Assembly (NCBI GenBank): GCA_036918135.1
Contig: JBALDB010000011.1
Location: 128,001-192,000 of the forward strand
Length of the DNA: 64,000 nt
Reading direction: 5' to 3'
From: Nostoc sp.
GTDB lineage: Bacteria; Cyanobacteriota; Cyanobacteriia; Cyanobacteriales; Nostocaceae
Below, in pieces: positions 41,206-52,400 of this stretch. Numbering within the stretch: position 1 is the first letter of the stretch; each line of letters starts with the position of its first letter. The notes under the pieces were generated by a model, which saw only the letters and a list, made by a program, of their open reading frames with translations, searched no databases and was not told the DNA's origin. The translations under genes were made by a program, and so were the position numbers.

Positions 41206-41237
41206 TAATCCTTAATAGTAAAGACTATTAAGGATTA
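41206..41237 (+). terminator. Stem-loop after the parM-parR pair
   Basis: 14-bp perfect stem taatccttaatagt/actattaaggatta. Confidence 0.5.
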
Positions 41238-41689
41238 TTAATATTTATTCATATATTTTAAAAATTAGATTTATAGCAGAAAGCCGCTTTGGGTTTTTGC
41301 AATTAATTAAGTTTAGTAAAAAAGCGATCGCACATACATTTTTTGTGGGCGATCGGCACCTTAGGTGAAATAGCAACAAGCCTCTAGCCTACCCAAAGGA
41401 AGGTGCTGGGATGAATTGCGCGTGAGTTGACGACAGTCCTCTCACCAATGTGCAATAGTAGATAGCTCAGAACAGGCTAAAGAGTGACTTAAGGAGTATA
41501 AAAAGCAGAAAAAATATTACTCAGGTAAGAAAAAACCTATACCTTTAAAAACTATTATCAACAGTAACTGTATTAAGTCATGATTATTAAGTTGAAAATG
41601 ACTGAGTAGACAATTGGCGATCGCTTGTTGAAATTCAGTCACACAGCGGACTTAGTATTTTGGGATGATATCTAGTAGGTAATATAAAA

Positions 41690-42979
41690 ATGGTTTTACC
41701 TCTGTTGATAAACACTTGCGATCCAAAAGCAGAAGAAGGAGCAGGAGATGCACGTGCAGCTTATAGATTACATCAGGGACTACTTAAGTTAGGAATTAAT
41801 TCCCAGATGTTAGTCCAAGATAAGAAAATTGACGATCCAACTGTAATCGCTTACCCCAAAAAATTAGGCCAAATAATATCGAAAGTTCGTCCTTCTTTGG
41901 ATGCTTTACCGCTAAAACTTTATGGTCATAGCAAACGCAATCCTATATATATGCGCTTACAGTGGCTCCCCAATAATCTTACCTCGCAGATTGCTACTCT
42001 TAATCCAGATATTATTAATCTCCATTGGATATGTGACGGATTTGTGCCAATTGAAGCTCTGGCAAGGTTTAATAAACCTATTGTTTGGACATTCCATGAT
42101 TTGTGGGCATTCACTGGGGGATGCTGCTATAGCAAAGAGTGCGATGGCTATACAAAATCCTGTGGAAATTGTCCTCTACTCGGTACTAACCAAGCTTCTG
42201 ATTTATCGAGTTGGGTTTGGAGGCGCAAAGCTAAAGCATGGCAAAATCTCAAACTGACGATTGTCACCCCCAGCAAGTGGCTTGCTGAATGTGCTCAGTC
42301 GAGTTCACTATTTCAAAATAGTCAGATCAAAGTTATTCCCAACGGGTTAGATACTGGTATATATAAACCAATTGAGCGTCAAACTGCAAGAAACTTACTT
42401 AATCTACCGCAAAATAAGCAACTGCTTTTATTCGGAGCAATCAGCCCAACTAGCAATCAGAGGAAAGGATTCCATTTGCTACAACCAGCGTTACAAAAGT
42501 TAAACCAAGCTAGGTGGAAAGACAAGATAGAACTGATTGTTTTCGGTACATCTCAACCTGAAAATCCAACTGAGCTTGGTTTTCAAACTCACTACTTAGG
42601 TAGATTGAACGATGATATATCACTGGCAGTAGTCTATTCAGCGGCAGATGTTTTTGTAGCACCTTCTATTCAAGAGAACTTGGCAAACACTGTGATAGAG
42701 GCAATCGCCTGTGGGATACCATGCGTTAGCTTCAACATTGGCGGTATGCCCGACATAATTGAGCATCAAAAAAATGGCTATTTAGCTCAACCTTATCAAA
42801 TTGAAGATTTGGCTCAAGGAATTGCTTGGGTAATAGAGAACAACGAGCGACATCAAAAGCTCTGTGAGCGCGCTCGTGAGCAAGCCGAACAAAAATTTAA
42901 TTTGGAACTAATTACACGTTCTTACTTGTCTGTGTATGAAGAAGCACGCACACAATTTAGTTCAGCTATAGGGACTTAA
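41690..42979 (+). CDS. Family 4 glycosyltransferase (WcaC-like)
   Basis: TFHDLWAFTGGC, IPNGLD, RKG and ENLANTVIEA motifs. Confidence 0.92.
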   Translation: MVLPLLINTCDPKAEEGAGDARAAYRLHQGLLKLGINSQMLVQDKKIDDPTVIAYPKKLGQIISKVRPSLDALPLKLYGHSKRNPIYMRLQWLPNNLTSQIATLNPDIINLHWICDGFVPIEALARFNKPIVWTFHDLWAFTGGCCYSKECDGYTKSCGNCPLLGTNQASDLSSWVWRRKAKAWQNLKLTIVTPSKWLAECAQSSSLFQNSQIKVIPNGLDTGIYKPIERQTARNLLNLPQNKQLLLFGAISPTSNQRKGFHLLQPALQKLNQARWKDKIELIVFGTSQPENPTELGFQTHYLGRLNDDISLAVVYSAADVFVAPSIQENLANTVIEAIACGIPCVSFNIGGMPDIIEHQKNGYLAQPYQIEDLAQGIAWVIENNERHQKLCERAREQAEQKFNLELITRSYLSVYEEARTQFSSAIGT

Positions 42980-43175
42980 CGACCTTGAGAGCGAACGTCC
43001 TTGCCGTCAAGAGCCTTGAGTCACTGCACATCTATCTAACTCTACATCCAGAAATTCGCTCACTTGTATGTTGAAACAGCCAAATATTTCTACTAGATGT
43101 TAATACTATATTCTTTTTTTACTTTATACACTGTATAAATGCTAGAATCCTCAGGTAGACAGTTAGGATATCTAG

Positions 43176-44612
43176 ATGGCAGTTGTAGCTAACTCAATCA
43201 AGTTTGGTACAGACGGCTGGCGGGGCGTAATTGGAGATGAGTTCACCTTTGAACGCCTAGCCCTAGTCGCGCCAGTCGCTGCAAAAGTACTATATAATAC
43301 ATACCATTCTACGGTGGGTAGCCGGATAATAATTGTCGGTTACGATCGCCGATTTATGGCGGAAGATTTTGCTCGTGCTGTCGCCGATGCTGTCACCGCT
43401 GTCGGATTTGATGTTTTACTCAGTGAAACCTATGCCCCAACCCCAGCTTTTAGTTGGGCAGCAAAACAACTCAATGCCTTAGGGGCACTAGTAATTACAG
43501 CCAGTCATAATCCAGGTACATATTTAGGATTAAAAGTCAAGGGTTATTTTGGCGGCTCGGTGTCGCCAGAAGTCACAAAGGAGATAGAAGCACTGTTACC
43601 CGAAGGAGTACCATCCGCAGCAACCCCAGGCAAGCAAGAGAAATTCAATCCTTGGCCGAGTTACACCCAAGCACTAGAACGTAAAGTTGATATTGCCAAG
43701 ATTAGAGAAGCGATCGCCTCTGGTAAACTGACGGTATTTGCCGATGTCATGCATGGCGCTGCGGCTGGCGGATTGGCAAAACTATTAGGGGATAAGGTTA
43801 AAGAAATCAACAGCGAACGCGATCCCCTGTTCGGTGGCGGTGCGCCGGAACCCTTACCAAAATACCTTTCCAAACTATTTGAAATTATCAAAACTCACCG
43901 AGAAACAAATAAATCAAGTTTATCTGTAGGATTAGTATTTGATGGAGACTGCGATCGGATCGCGGCTGTAAACGGGGAAGCCAACTTCTTGAGTTCTCAA
44001 GTGTTAATTCCGATATTAATCGACCATTTAACCCTGCGGCGAGGCTTTAAGGGTGAAATAGTCAAAACTGTCAGTGGTTCTGACTTGATGCCCCTTGTGG
44101 CAGCACTACATAACCTGTCAGTATTTGAGACAGCAGTTGGTTATAAATACATTGCTGACAGAATGTTAGCAGCAGAAGTTTTATTGGGTGGCGAAGAGTC
44201 GGGAGGAATTGGCTATGGCAGTCATATTCCCGAACGTGATGCCCTGCTGTCAGCATTGTATGTCCTAGAGGCGATTGTAGAATCAGGTTTGGATTTGGGT
44301 GAATATTATCGCCACTTACAGCAACAGACAGGATTTAACTCAGCATACGATCGCATTGATTTACCCTTAGCCAGTATGGAAGTGCGATCGCGTCTTTTAC
44401 AACAACTGCAAACCACACCCTTAACAGAAATTGCTGGAAAAGCAGTGATTGATTGCCAGACAATTGACGGCTACAAATACCGTCTTGCTGACAAAAGCTG
44501 GTTAATGATTCGCTTTAGCGGAACTGAGCCAGTTTTACGCCTTTACTGTGAAGCCCCAACCCTTGAGCAAGTGCATCAAACTCTTGCTTGGGCAAAACAG
44601 TGGGCGGAGTAA
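43176..44612 (+). CDS. Phosphoglucomutase/phosphomannomutase family protein
   Basis: FGTDGWRG, TASHNP, DGDCDR, GEESGG and RFSGTEP motifs. Confidence 0.96.
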   Translation: MAVVANSIKFGTDGWRGVIGDEFTFERLALVAPVAAKVLYNTYHSTVGSRIIIVGYDRRFMAEDFARAVADAVTAVGFDVLLSETYAPTPAFSWAAKQLNALGALVITASHNPGTYLGLKVKGYFGGSVSPEVTKEIEALLPEGVPSAATPGKQEKFNPWPSYTQALERKVDIAKIREAIASGKLTVFADVMHGAAAGGLAKLLGDKVKEINSERDPLFGGGAPEPLPKYLSKLFEIIKTHRETNKSSLSVGLVFDGDCDRIAAVNGEANFLSSQVLIPILIDHLTLRRGFKGEIVKTVSGSDLMPLVAALHNLSVFETAVGYKYIADRMLAAEVLLGGEESGGIGYGSHIPERDALLSALYVLEAIVESGLDLGEYYRHLQQQTGFNSAYDRIDLPLASMEVRSRLLQQLQTTPLTEIAGKAVIDCQTIDGYKYRLADKSWLMIRFSGTEPVLRLYCEAPTLEQVHQTLAWAKQWAE

Positions 44613-44613
44613 A

Positions 44614-44714
44614 ATTAGTTATTAGTCATTTGTCTTTTGTCCTTTGTCCTTGGTAAATGACCAATGACTAAATGACTAATGACCAATGACCAATGACTAA
44701 CAACTAATGACCAA
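44614..44714. repeat. STRR heptamer array (TGACTAA/TGACCAA and complement)
   Basis: Read directly from the sequence. Confidence 0.85.
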
Positions 44715-45294
44715 ATTACTCGTAGTAGCTACAGGAAATCCAGGTAAGTTGCGGGAAATGCAAGCTTACTTGACAAATTCTGGTTGGGAATTAACCCTCA
44801 AACCTGAAGAATTAGATATTGAAGAGACGGGCGAAACTTTTGCCGCTAACGCTTGTCTAAAAGCATCACAAATTGCTAAAGCTACAGGAAACTGGGCAAT
44901 TGCTGATGATTCGGGCTTGGAAGTAGATGCCTTAAATGGCGCACCAGGTGTCTATTCGGCACGCTACGCCAAAACTGACTCAGAACGCATTGCTAGGGTA
45001 TTGAGGGAATTAGGCAACGAGGTAAATCGCCAAGCTCAATTTGTTTGTGCAGTAGCCATCGCTCGTCCTGATGGGGCGATAACATTACAATCTGAAGGTA
45101 TTTGTCGTGGCGAAATTCTTCATGCACCTCGTGGTGATGGTGGATTTGGCTATGACCCAATTTTTTATGTGCAAGAGTTGCAATTGACCTTTGCCGAAAT
45201 GACACCAGAGTTAAAGGGGTCAATCAGCCATCGAGGCAAGGCTTTTGCTGCTTTACTTCCTCAACTATACACATTGTCTAGTCCTGAGTCCTGA
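44707..45294 (+). CDS. rdgB: Non-canonical purine NTP pyrophosphatase (RdgB/HAM1)
   Basis: ATGNPGK, DDSGL, GFGYDPIF and SHRG motifs. Confidence 0.96.
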   Translation: MTKLLVVATGNPGKLREMQAYLTNSGWELTLKPEELDIEETGETFAANACLKASQIAKATGNWAIADDSGLEVDALNGAPGVYSARYAKTDSERIARVLRELGNEVNRQAQFVCAVAIARPDGAITLQSEGICRGEILHAPRGDGGFGYDPIFYVQELQLTFAEMTPELKGSISHRGKAFAALLPQLYTLSSPES

Positions 45295-45347
45295 GTCAGG
45301 GAGAAGATAATTCGATTATTAATGATTTTAAGTTAATTGAACAAGAC

Positions 45348-46064
45348 TTGGGACTTAGAGAGAAAGATGCATTCAAAATCCAACAAAAAACTATTGCTAA
45401 ACGTGAAGCAGGATTTTTAATATCTTTGGCTACTAGCATTTTTGAGAAGCTTGAATTTGACCAATATTTTATTAAAAGTAAAGGTATATCTCCTCCGTAT
45501 GTAGCTTATAAATTCAAGCAACCTAGAGAAACCAATGAATTTTATCAACTTGTTTTACTTCAGCGAAATGATGGTCTAGATATTTATATTCTTAAAGAGA
45601 TTTTGAATATTGGTTTATTAAAAATAAAGTCTTGGGAATATGACGAATTTACAGAAGAAGCAGAGGCTTTTACAAAAGGTGTTTTTTGGATATTACCTAG
45701 TAAAATTGATATCTTTTTAGATTCACTTCACCCTGTGTACGCAGATTTATTTAAAGGTAAAGTACAAGGTGATTGTTCGCTGAATCGAGTTTACGAGGAT
45801 GAATATAGAAATGCAGAATACACTGAGCCTAAATTTTCCTTAGTTGAATTTCCCTTTGAGATAATGAGTAACAGAAGAGATAGCTATTTGGTAGTTAGTG
45901 ACAATGAACTTTTTACCAATACTTGGAAAATATCTATTAGATATCGCGAAGTACTAAAAGAGGTTATTGATTATTTATTCCAGCAAATGACAATACAAGG
46001 TTTATTACAGCCACTTTCCAGTCCTATTGGTAACACTGAAAATCCACCTATGAGTAGTAGTTGA
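45348..46064 (+). CDS. Hypothetical protein (AT-rich, no motif recognised)
   Basis: 238-codon open frame in AT-rich DNA; start uncertain. Confidence 0.55.
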   Translation: MGLREKDAFKIQQKTIAKREAGFLISLATSIFEKLEFDQYFIKSKGISPPYVAYKFKQPRETNEFYQLVLLQRNDGLDIYILKEILNIGLLKIKSWEYDEFTEEAEAFTKGVFWILPSKIDIFLDSLHPVYADLFKGKVQGDCSLNRVYEDEYRNAEYTEPKFSLVEFPFEIMSNRRDSYLVVSDNELFTNTWKISIRYREVLKEVIDYLFQQMTIQGLLQPLSSPIGNTENPPMSSS

Positions 46065-46341
46065 ACGAATAATGTATGCCAAGGAATCTCATTGAAGCCC
46101 AACCCTGTAATCAGATTGCATAGCATTAGTATGTGAAAATATAAACCATAAAAGAGAAAGCGCAACTAAGTAAAAAACTTTCGTTGGTATTTATTACTTT
46201 TTTATATCTATTTCAAAGTCAATAAAAGGCGTTGCTGATTTAAGAAATGAAAAACTATCTCAAAGTTAACATTTTCGGTATCTTTCATCCTACTTTCAGC
46301 AAGCCCCACCATACTGCCATTAAGTACTCAGTATTGAGTAC

Positions 46342-46701
<360 letters not shown>

Positions 46702-47038
46702 CTAGCTTCGTTTATCTATCTAACCAGATCTATTGTCTGAAACTGTAACTAGTAGCGCCTTTGCTAAAACATATGTAATAATTGCCACTTTTTCAAATTG
46801 TAGATGCTTGGTGTGAGTGCTTTTGAAGCCATAAACAGCCTAGATGAAGTAATTCGATAATCTTGAACTCGTAACATGCAGAAATTGCTGTCAAACTAGC
46901 ATTTTTTTTATGTGGTTTTTGTGACCTGAAAATAGATAAATTTTGCTATTGAGTAGATCCGCTTAAATGTTCAAAACAGCGATGAAAGACAAATTTGACT
47001 AGACCTACGAAGGTTGCTGCTGATTGTGGGAGTGTTAA

Positions 47039-47620
47039 CTAACGTTTTTGATGTTCAAACAAAGGACGCACAATTAAATACCCAGCAGTGAAGGCAGTAA
47101 GCATAATTAACAAGATGGTAATAATTAACCACCAGCCGCTAACTTCCTTGGCATCTGGCTTAGTAGTAGAATAATAACTTACTTCTTGTTCTTCTATAAA
47201 AACTGGTTGTGGTATCGAAAAATTCTCGATTACAGGTGTAGAAAACTCCTGGCGTCTTTTTTGAGGTGGACGCGGACGAGAAACCTGTTGAGGTGGAGGC
47301 GCTTGTGTTACTTGCTGCTTGGCGGCGCTTTTAACTTTGCCAGAAGCTTGGGAAACCTGCTGTTCAGTAAAAATTGCATAGGAATCTACAAAATTTTGCA
47401 AGTGTGAAAAAGACTCAACGACTTTGGTAATTTCTTGGCGTAGTAGTTGATTTTCTTGTACTAATTGCTGATTTTTCGTGGTAAGTGCATCTAGCCTTGC
47501 TTGAGTTGCTTGCAACTCCATTGACAATTCCCGGTATACAGATAGTGGTACAGAGGGAGGGTACGCTTGACTAGTCTGTGTTGACGAATTCCTGTGAACA
47601 GAACCTGTGGTTGTTCGCAT
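47039..47620 (-). CDS. Hypothetical coiled-coil protein with a C-terminal TM anchor
   Basis: SVPLSVYRELS, coiled coil, Pro/Gln-rich linker, TM tail. Confidence 0.75.
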   Translation of the reverse strand: MRTTTGSVHRNSSTQTSQAYPPSVPLSVYRELSMELQATQARLDALTTKNQQLVQENQLLRQEITKVVESFSHLQNFVDSYAIFTEQQVSQASGKVKSAAKQQVTQAPPPQQVSRPRPPQKRRQEFSTPVIENFSIPQPVFIEEQEVSYYSTTKPDAKEVSGWWLIITILLIMLTAFTAGYLIVRPLFEHQKR

Positions 47621-47795
47621 TGGGGCTTGGTATTAATAAAAATCAAAGTGATTAGATTGTACAGAGATGCTAACAGAGATAGTCAGCCCTGAAACTATGC
47701 CCAAGAATAATAGAAAAATGCCGAGACGGCAAAGATTTTTTATTGGAGACTGGGTATTAGGTAATAGGTATTGGGAATTGGATATTAGAAAGTTC

Positions 47796-48629
47796 CTAGT
47801 CCTTAGCCTTCAGTTCCCATAATGGAAAGAAATGTCCCACAGGCCCTTGTCCTTCGCCAATATCTAGGGCGTAAGTCAATGCGGTAGTTACATACTCCTT
47901 TGCCTGTTGCACTGCCTGCCACAAATTCTTTCCCTTTGCCAGATTAGCAGCGATCGCAGCTGATAGCGTACAACCAGTACCGTGGGTATTCGTTGTCTCT
48001 ACTTGCTTTGTAGTTAGAACCTCCAACTTTTCCCCATCAAACCAAATATCAACACCACACAAATCACCTTGCATACCTCCACCCTTGACTAAAACAGCCT
48101 TTGTCCGTAAAGTCTTGTAAATAATTTCAGCAGCGGTTTGCATATCCTTTAAGGAATGAATTTGTAAACCGCTCAAAATTTGGGCTTCGTAGCGATTAGG
48201 CGTGATAATAGCTGCTTTGGGGATAAGGGCATGGCACAGAGTCTTCACGGCATCATCATCAATCAATTGTGCCCCACTACGTGACACCATTACTGGATCT
48301 ACTACTAGATTATCAATTTGTAAAGCTTCTACTTGCTGGGCGACAGCAAAGATAATTTCCTGATTCAGCAACATTCCCGTTTTGGCAGCTTGTACGCCAA
48401 TATCTTCAACCACTGCCTGAATTTGCGCCACAACCGCTTCTGTTGGCATGGCATCAACCCTCATTACTCCGAGAGTGTTTTGTGCGGTGACGCAAGTTAT
48501 AGCGCTAGTACCGTGGACACAGTGAAAGGCAAAGGTGCGTAAATCAGCTTGAATTCCTGCACCGCCACCACTATCTGAACCAGCAATGGTTAAAGCAATA
48601 GGTATCTTGGATATAATTTCAGCATTCAT
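47796..48629 (-). CDS. thiD: Hydroxymethylpyrimidine/phosphomethylpyrimidine kinase
   Basis: IAGSDSGGGAGIQADL, DPVM and HGTGCTLS motifs. Confidence 0.97.
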   Translation of the reverse strand: MNAEIISKIPIALTIAGSDSGGGAGIQADLRTFAFHCVHGTSAITCVTAQNTLGVMRVDAMPTEAVVAQIQAVVEDIGVQAAKTGMLLNQEIIFAVAQQVEALQIDNLVVDPVMVSRSGAQLIDDDAVKTLCHALIPKAAIITPNRYEAQILSGLQIHSLKDMQTAAEIIYKTLRTKAVLVKGGGMQGDLCGVDIWFDGEKLEVLTTKQVETTNTHGTGCTLSAAIAANLAKGKNLWQAVQQAKEYVTTALTYALDIGEGQGPVGHFFPLWELKAKD

Positions 48630-49023
48630 ATAACGAATTTAACTTACTGGAATCCAGTAGCAGCAATGGGTAAAGTAATCTGGAATATCATTTGATTAAA
48701 TTCTATCCAGTGCAAGGCGATCGCTCGGAGCGAGTTAAATTTTCTACTAACTCGATCAAATCCTTGCACAAAGCGCTTTTTACTTCCATGTTTGACTGCA
48801 AGTTAACAGGACTCCATCAGATACTTTCCATAAATTTCTTTCATTTGTTGTAAAAAATCTTACAAAAATCTGAGTATTTACTGATATCAATCACTGTTTG
48901 TGAAGGTTAGTCTAAATTGAGTTCACAAAACTTGCTTACACGGATTAAAACAGGTTTGACTAAGTTGTTAGATTAATCCCTTTATCTTAAGGGATGACCT
49001 GCTAAAGTTTGAAACAATCAGCT

Positions 49024-49303
49024 TTGACCACTGTAATTTTAAGTCCCCGGTTATCAGCTAGAGGTGCGCTTTCCCATGCCGTGGCAACTTTTGACCTCAG
49101 ACAACGGATAAAGTTCAGAGAAATTATATACCAAATACGATCGCCGTATTGAAATAAGGCATCAGCGATCGCAGTGCAGATCCGATTTGATTCGACTCCA
49201 AAGTGAGCGATTCATTTAGACATCCTCTAATCGTCCGATTACTCCCAACAACATCCTGACGATTGACGGTATCGACATCCCTGGTTTAACCATCAACGGT
49301 TAA
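49024..49303 (+). pseudogene. Possible decayed fragment of a secreted beta-helix/adhesin gene
   Basis: Broken frames read RGALSHAVA, QIRFDS and NILTIDGIDIPGLTING*, resembling GSLR.AI / I.FD.S / LTIDG...PGLTISG motifs. Confidence 0.35.
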
Positions 49304-49473
49304 CAGGAGAAAAAATTTTCAGTTTGACAACAGCGCTTCTACCACCGACGCAATTTGAAGTTGCGATCGGACAACTGTGACTGTGCTCAATACTCTAACA
49401 CTAACTACTTAGCAAAGAACTGAGTCGCTAAGAGTCTACTACCAATTCCCTTACACATATTCGGAGTTAATCT

Positions 49474-52400
49474 ATGGCTGGCAAAGTATACTACGTTTCT
49501 GGAACAGGTAACGATAGCAATAATGGCTTGAAAGAAACAAGCGCGTTTCGCACCCTCCAAAAAGCCGCAGACTTAGTAAAAGCAGGCGACACGGTATACG
49601 TGATGAATGGTACTTACGAGCAAAGTAAATACCCTAATAACCCAGTCCTTGGTATCAATCAAAAACACGGCACCTCCTCAGCACCAATCACATTCGCGGC
49701 ATATCCTGGTCACAATCCTCTGATCAAATCAACGAATTTCCAAGCCATCAACATTGTCGGCTCCTCCTACATAGTAATTGAAGGTCTGACGATGGTCGGT
49801 GCCAACGACCAAATAACATTGAAGTATGCACAGTCTGAAGAATCAAACAAACTTAATCCCTTAACCAATGGAGCAGGGATTTATATCCAGCCAGATAAAC
49901 AAAATAATATTTCTCACCACATAGTAGTTCGGAACAACACTATTTCTAAATTTGGAAGTGCTGGAATTGGATCGAAAGAAGCTGATTATCTGACGATTGA
50001 AGGCAATACTGTTTCTGAAACATCCTGGTATAGTCCTTGGGGAACAAGTGGTATTAGTACTCTCAATAACCATAACTTAGATAACAATACTACTGACTAT
50101 AAAATAATCATTCGGAATAATACAGTTTACGACAATTACACTTACATTCCTTGGTGGGAAAGTGAGAGCGGAAAAGCCACTGAAGGTCATGGCATTATGA
50201 TTGATTCCGCTGATAGCTTGGGATTAGACGGAAAAGCTTATACCGGAAAAACATTAATTGCCAACAATACTTCTTACAACAATGGTGGCGCTGGTATCCA
50301 GGTATTTAAAAGTTCCAATGTCGATGTAGTCAACAACACGACTTACCAAAACTCACAACATCCCGATCTCCAAGATGCTGGTGAGATTTTGATTAGTGGT
50401 CCATCTACAAATGTAAACGTTGTAAATAACATTATGTATGCCAAAGATAATGGCCAATCATATGTTGTAGGTGGCTCAGCTAAAAACATCAAAGCCGACC
50501 ACAATTTGATTTACAACACTAATAAGTACAACAAAACAGGAACTAATTTGATTCTGGGTAAAGATCCGCAATTTGTTGATGCTGCAACTCATAATTTTGC
50601 ACTTAAACCAGGAAGTGTTGCGATTGATGGTGGTTCCAATGCCTTCAATAAAATAACTGGGAATACTCCCCATGATGGCGACGGTAATGGCATCGCAGTG
50701 ATTGATATTGGTGCATACGAAGCTCCAATCACTAAAATTCTCACTCCGGAAATTCAAGTTCTTGATGGCAAAGTTGACATTACAGATGGAAGTACAACTG
50801 CCATTAACTTTGGTGACGCCATTGTTGGCAATACTCTGACCAAAACCTTTACGATTCAGAATATCGGTGCAGCTGCACTCAATCTGAGTAATCTTAAACT
50901 CCCCGACGGATTTAGTTTAGTAGGAACTCTCCCCACTAGTGTGGCTGTGAATGCTTCCACCAACATTACAGTGGCACTCAATACTACGACACCTGGCACT
51001 TATGCTGGCAGTCTGATTTTAAGCAACAATGATAGCAATGAAAGCCCCTTTGACTTTGCCATTAGTGGCACAGTTAAACCTGTTCCCACTCCGGAAATTC
51101 AAGTTCTTAATGGCAAAGTTGACATTGCAGATGGAAGTACAACTGCCATCAACTTTGGTAAGACCACTGCTGGCAATACTCTGACCAAAACCTTTACGAT
51201 TAAAAATATCGGTACAGCTGCACTTAATCTAAGTAATCTTAAACTCCCCGACGGATTTAGTTTAGTGGGAACTCTCCCCACTAGTGTGGCTGCTAATGCT
51301 TCTACCAACATCACAGTGGCACTCAACACCACTACACCTGGCAGTTATGGTGGCAGTCTGATTTTAAGCAACAATGATAGCAATGAAAGCCCCTTTGACT
51401 TTGCGATTAGTGGCACAGTTAAACCCGCTCCCACTCCGGAAATTCAAGTTCTTAATGGCAAAGTTAACATTGCAGATGGAAGTACAACTGCCATCAACTT
51501 TGGTGAGGCTATTGTTGGCAATACTCTGAGCAAAACCTTTACGATTAAAAATACCGGTACAGCTGCACTTAATCTAAGTAATCTTAAACTCCCCGACGGA
51601 TTTAGTTTAGTGGGAACTCTCCCCACTAGTGTGGCTGCCAATGCTTCCACCAACATCACAGTGGCACTTAATACTACGACACCTGGCAGTTATGGTGGCA
51701 GTCTGATTTTAAGCAACAATGATAGCAATGAAAGCGCCTTTGACTTTGCGATTGGTGGCACAGTTAAACCCGCTCCCACTCCGGAAATTCAAGTTCTTAA
51801 TGGCAAAGTTGACATTGCAGATGGAAGTACAACTGCCATCAACTTTGGTGAGGCTATTGTTGGCAATACTCTGAGCAAAACCTTTACGATTAAAAATACC
51901 GGTACAGCTGCACTTAATCTAAGTAATCTTAAACTCCCCGACGGATTTAGTTTAGTGGGAACTCTCCCCACTAGTGTGGCTGCCAATGCTTCCACCAACA
52001 TCACAGTGGCACTTAATACTACGACACCTGGCAGTTATGGTGGCAGTCTGATTTTAAGCAACAATGATAGCAATGAAAGCGCCTTTGACTTTGCGATTGG
52101 TGGCACAGTTAAACCCGCTCCCACTCCAGAAATTCAAGTTCTTGATGGTACAGTTGATATTGCAGATGGCATGACCACCATTGACTTTGGCAACACCACT
52201 GTCGGTAAGACTCTGACCGAAACCTTTACGATTCAGAATATCGGTACAGCTGCACTCAATCTGAGTAATCTTGAGCTTCCCGATGGATTTAGTTTAGTGG
52301 GAACTTTGCCGACTAGTGTGGCTGTGAATGCTTCCACCAACATTACAGTGGCACTCAATACCGCTACACCTGGTACTTATGGTGGCAGTCTGATTTTAAG

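Noticed and set aside
46742..46788. NtcA site upstream of glnB
   Set aside because: Only an imperfect GTA-N8-CAC is present (46775-46788), and the nearest TAN3T is about 27 nt away rather than about 22.
48630..49000. TPP riboswitch upstream of thiD
   Set aside because: I found no CUGAGA core on the minus strand.
51099..52004. Three repeated minus-strand ORFs
   Set aside because: They are antisense shadows of the Ig-like repeats.
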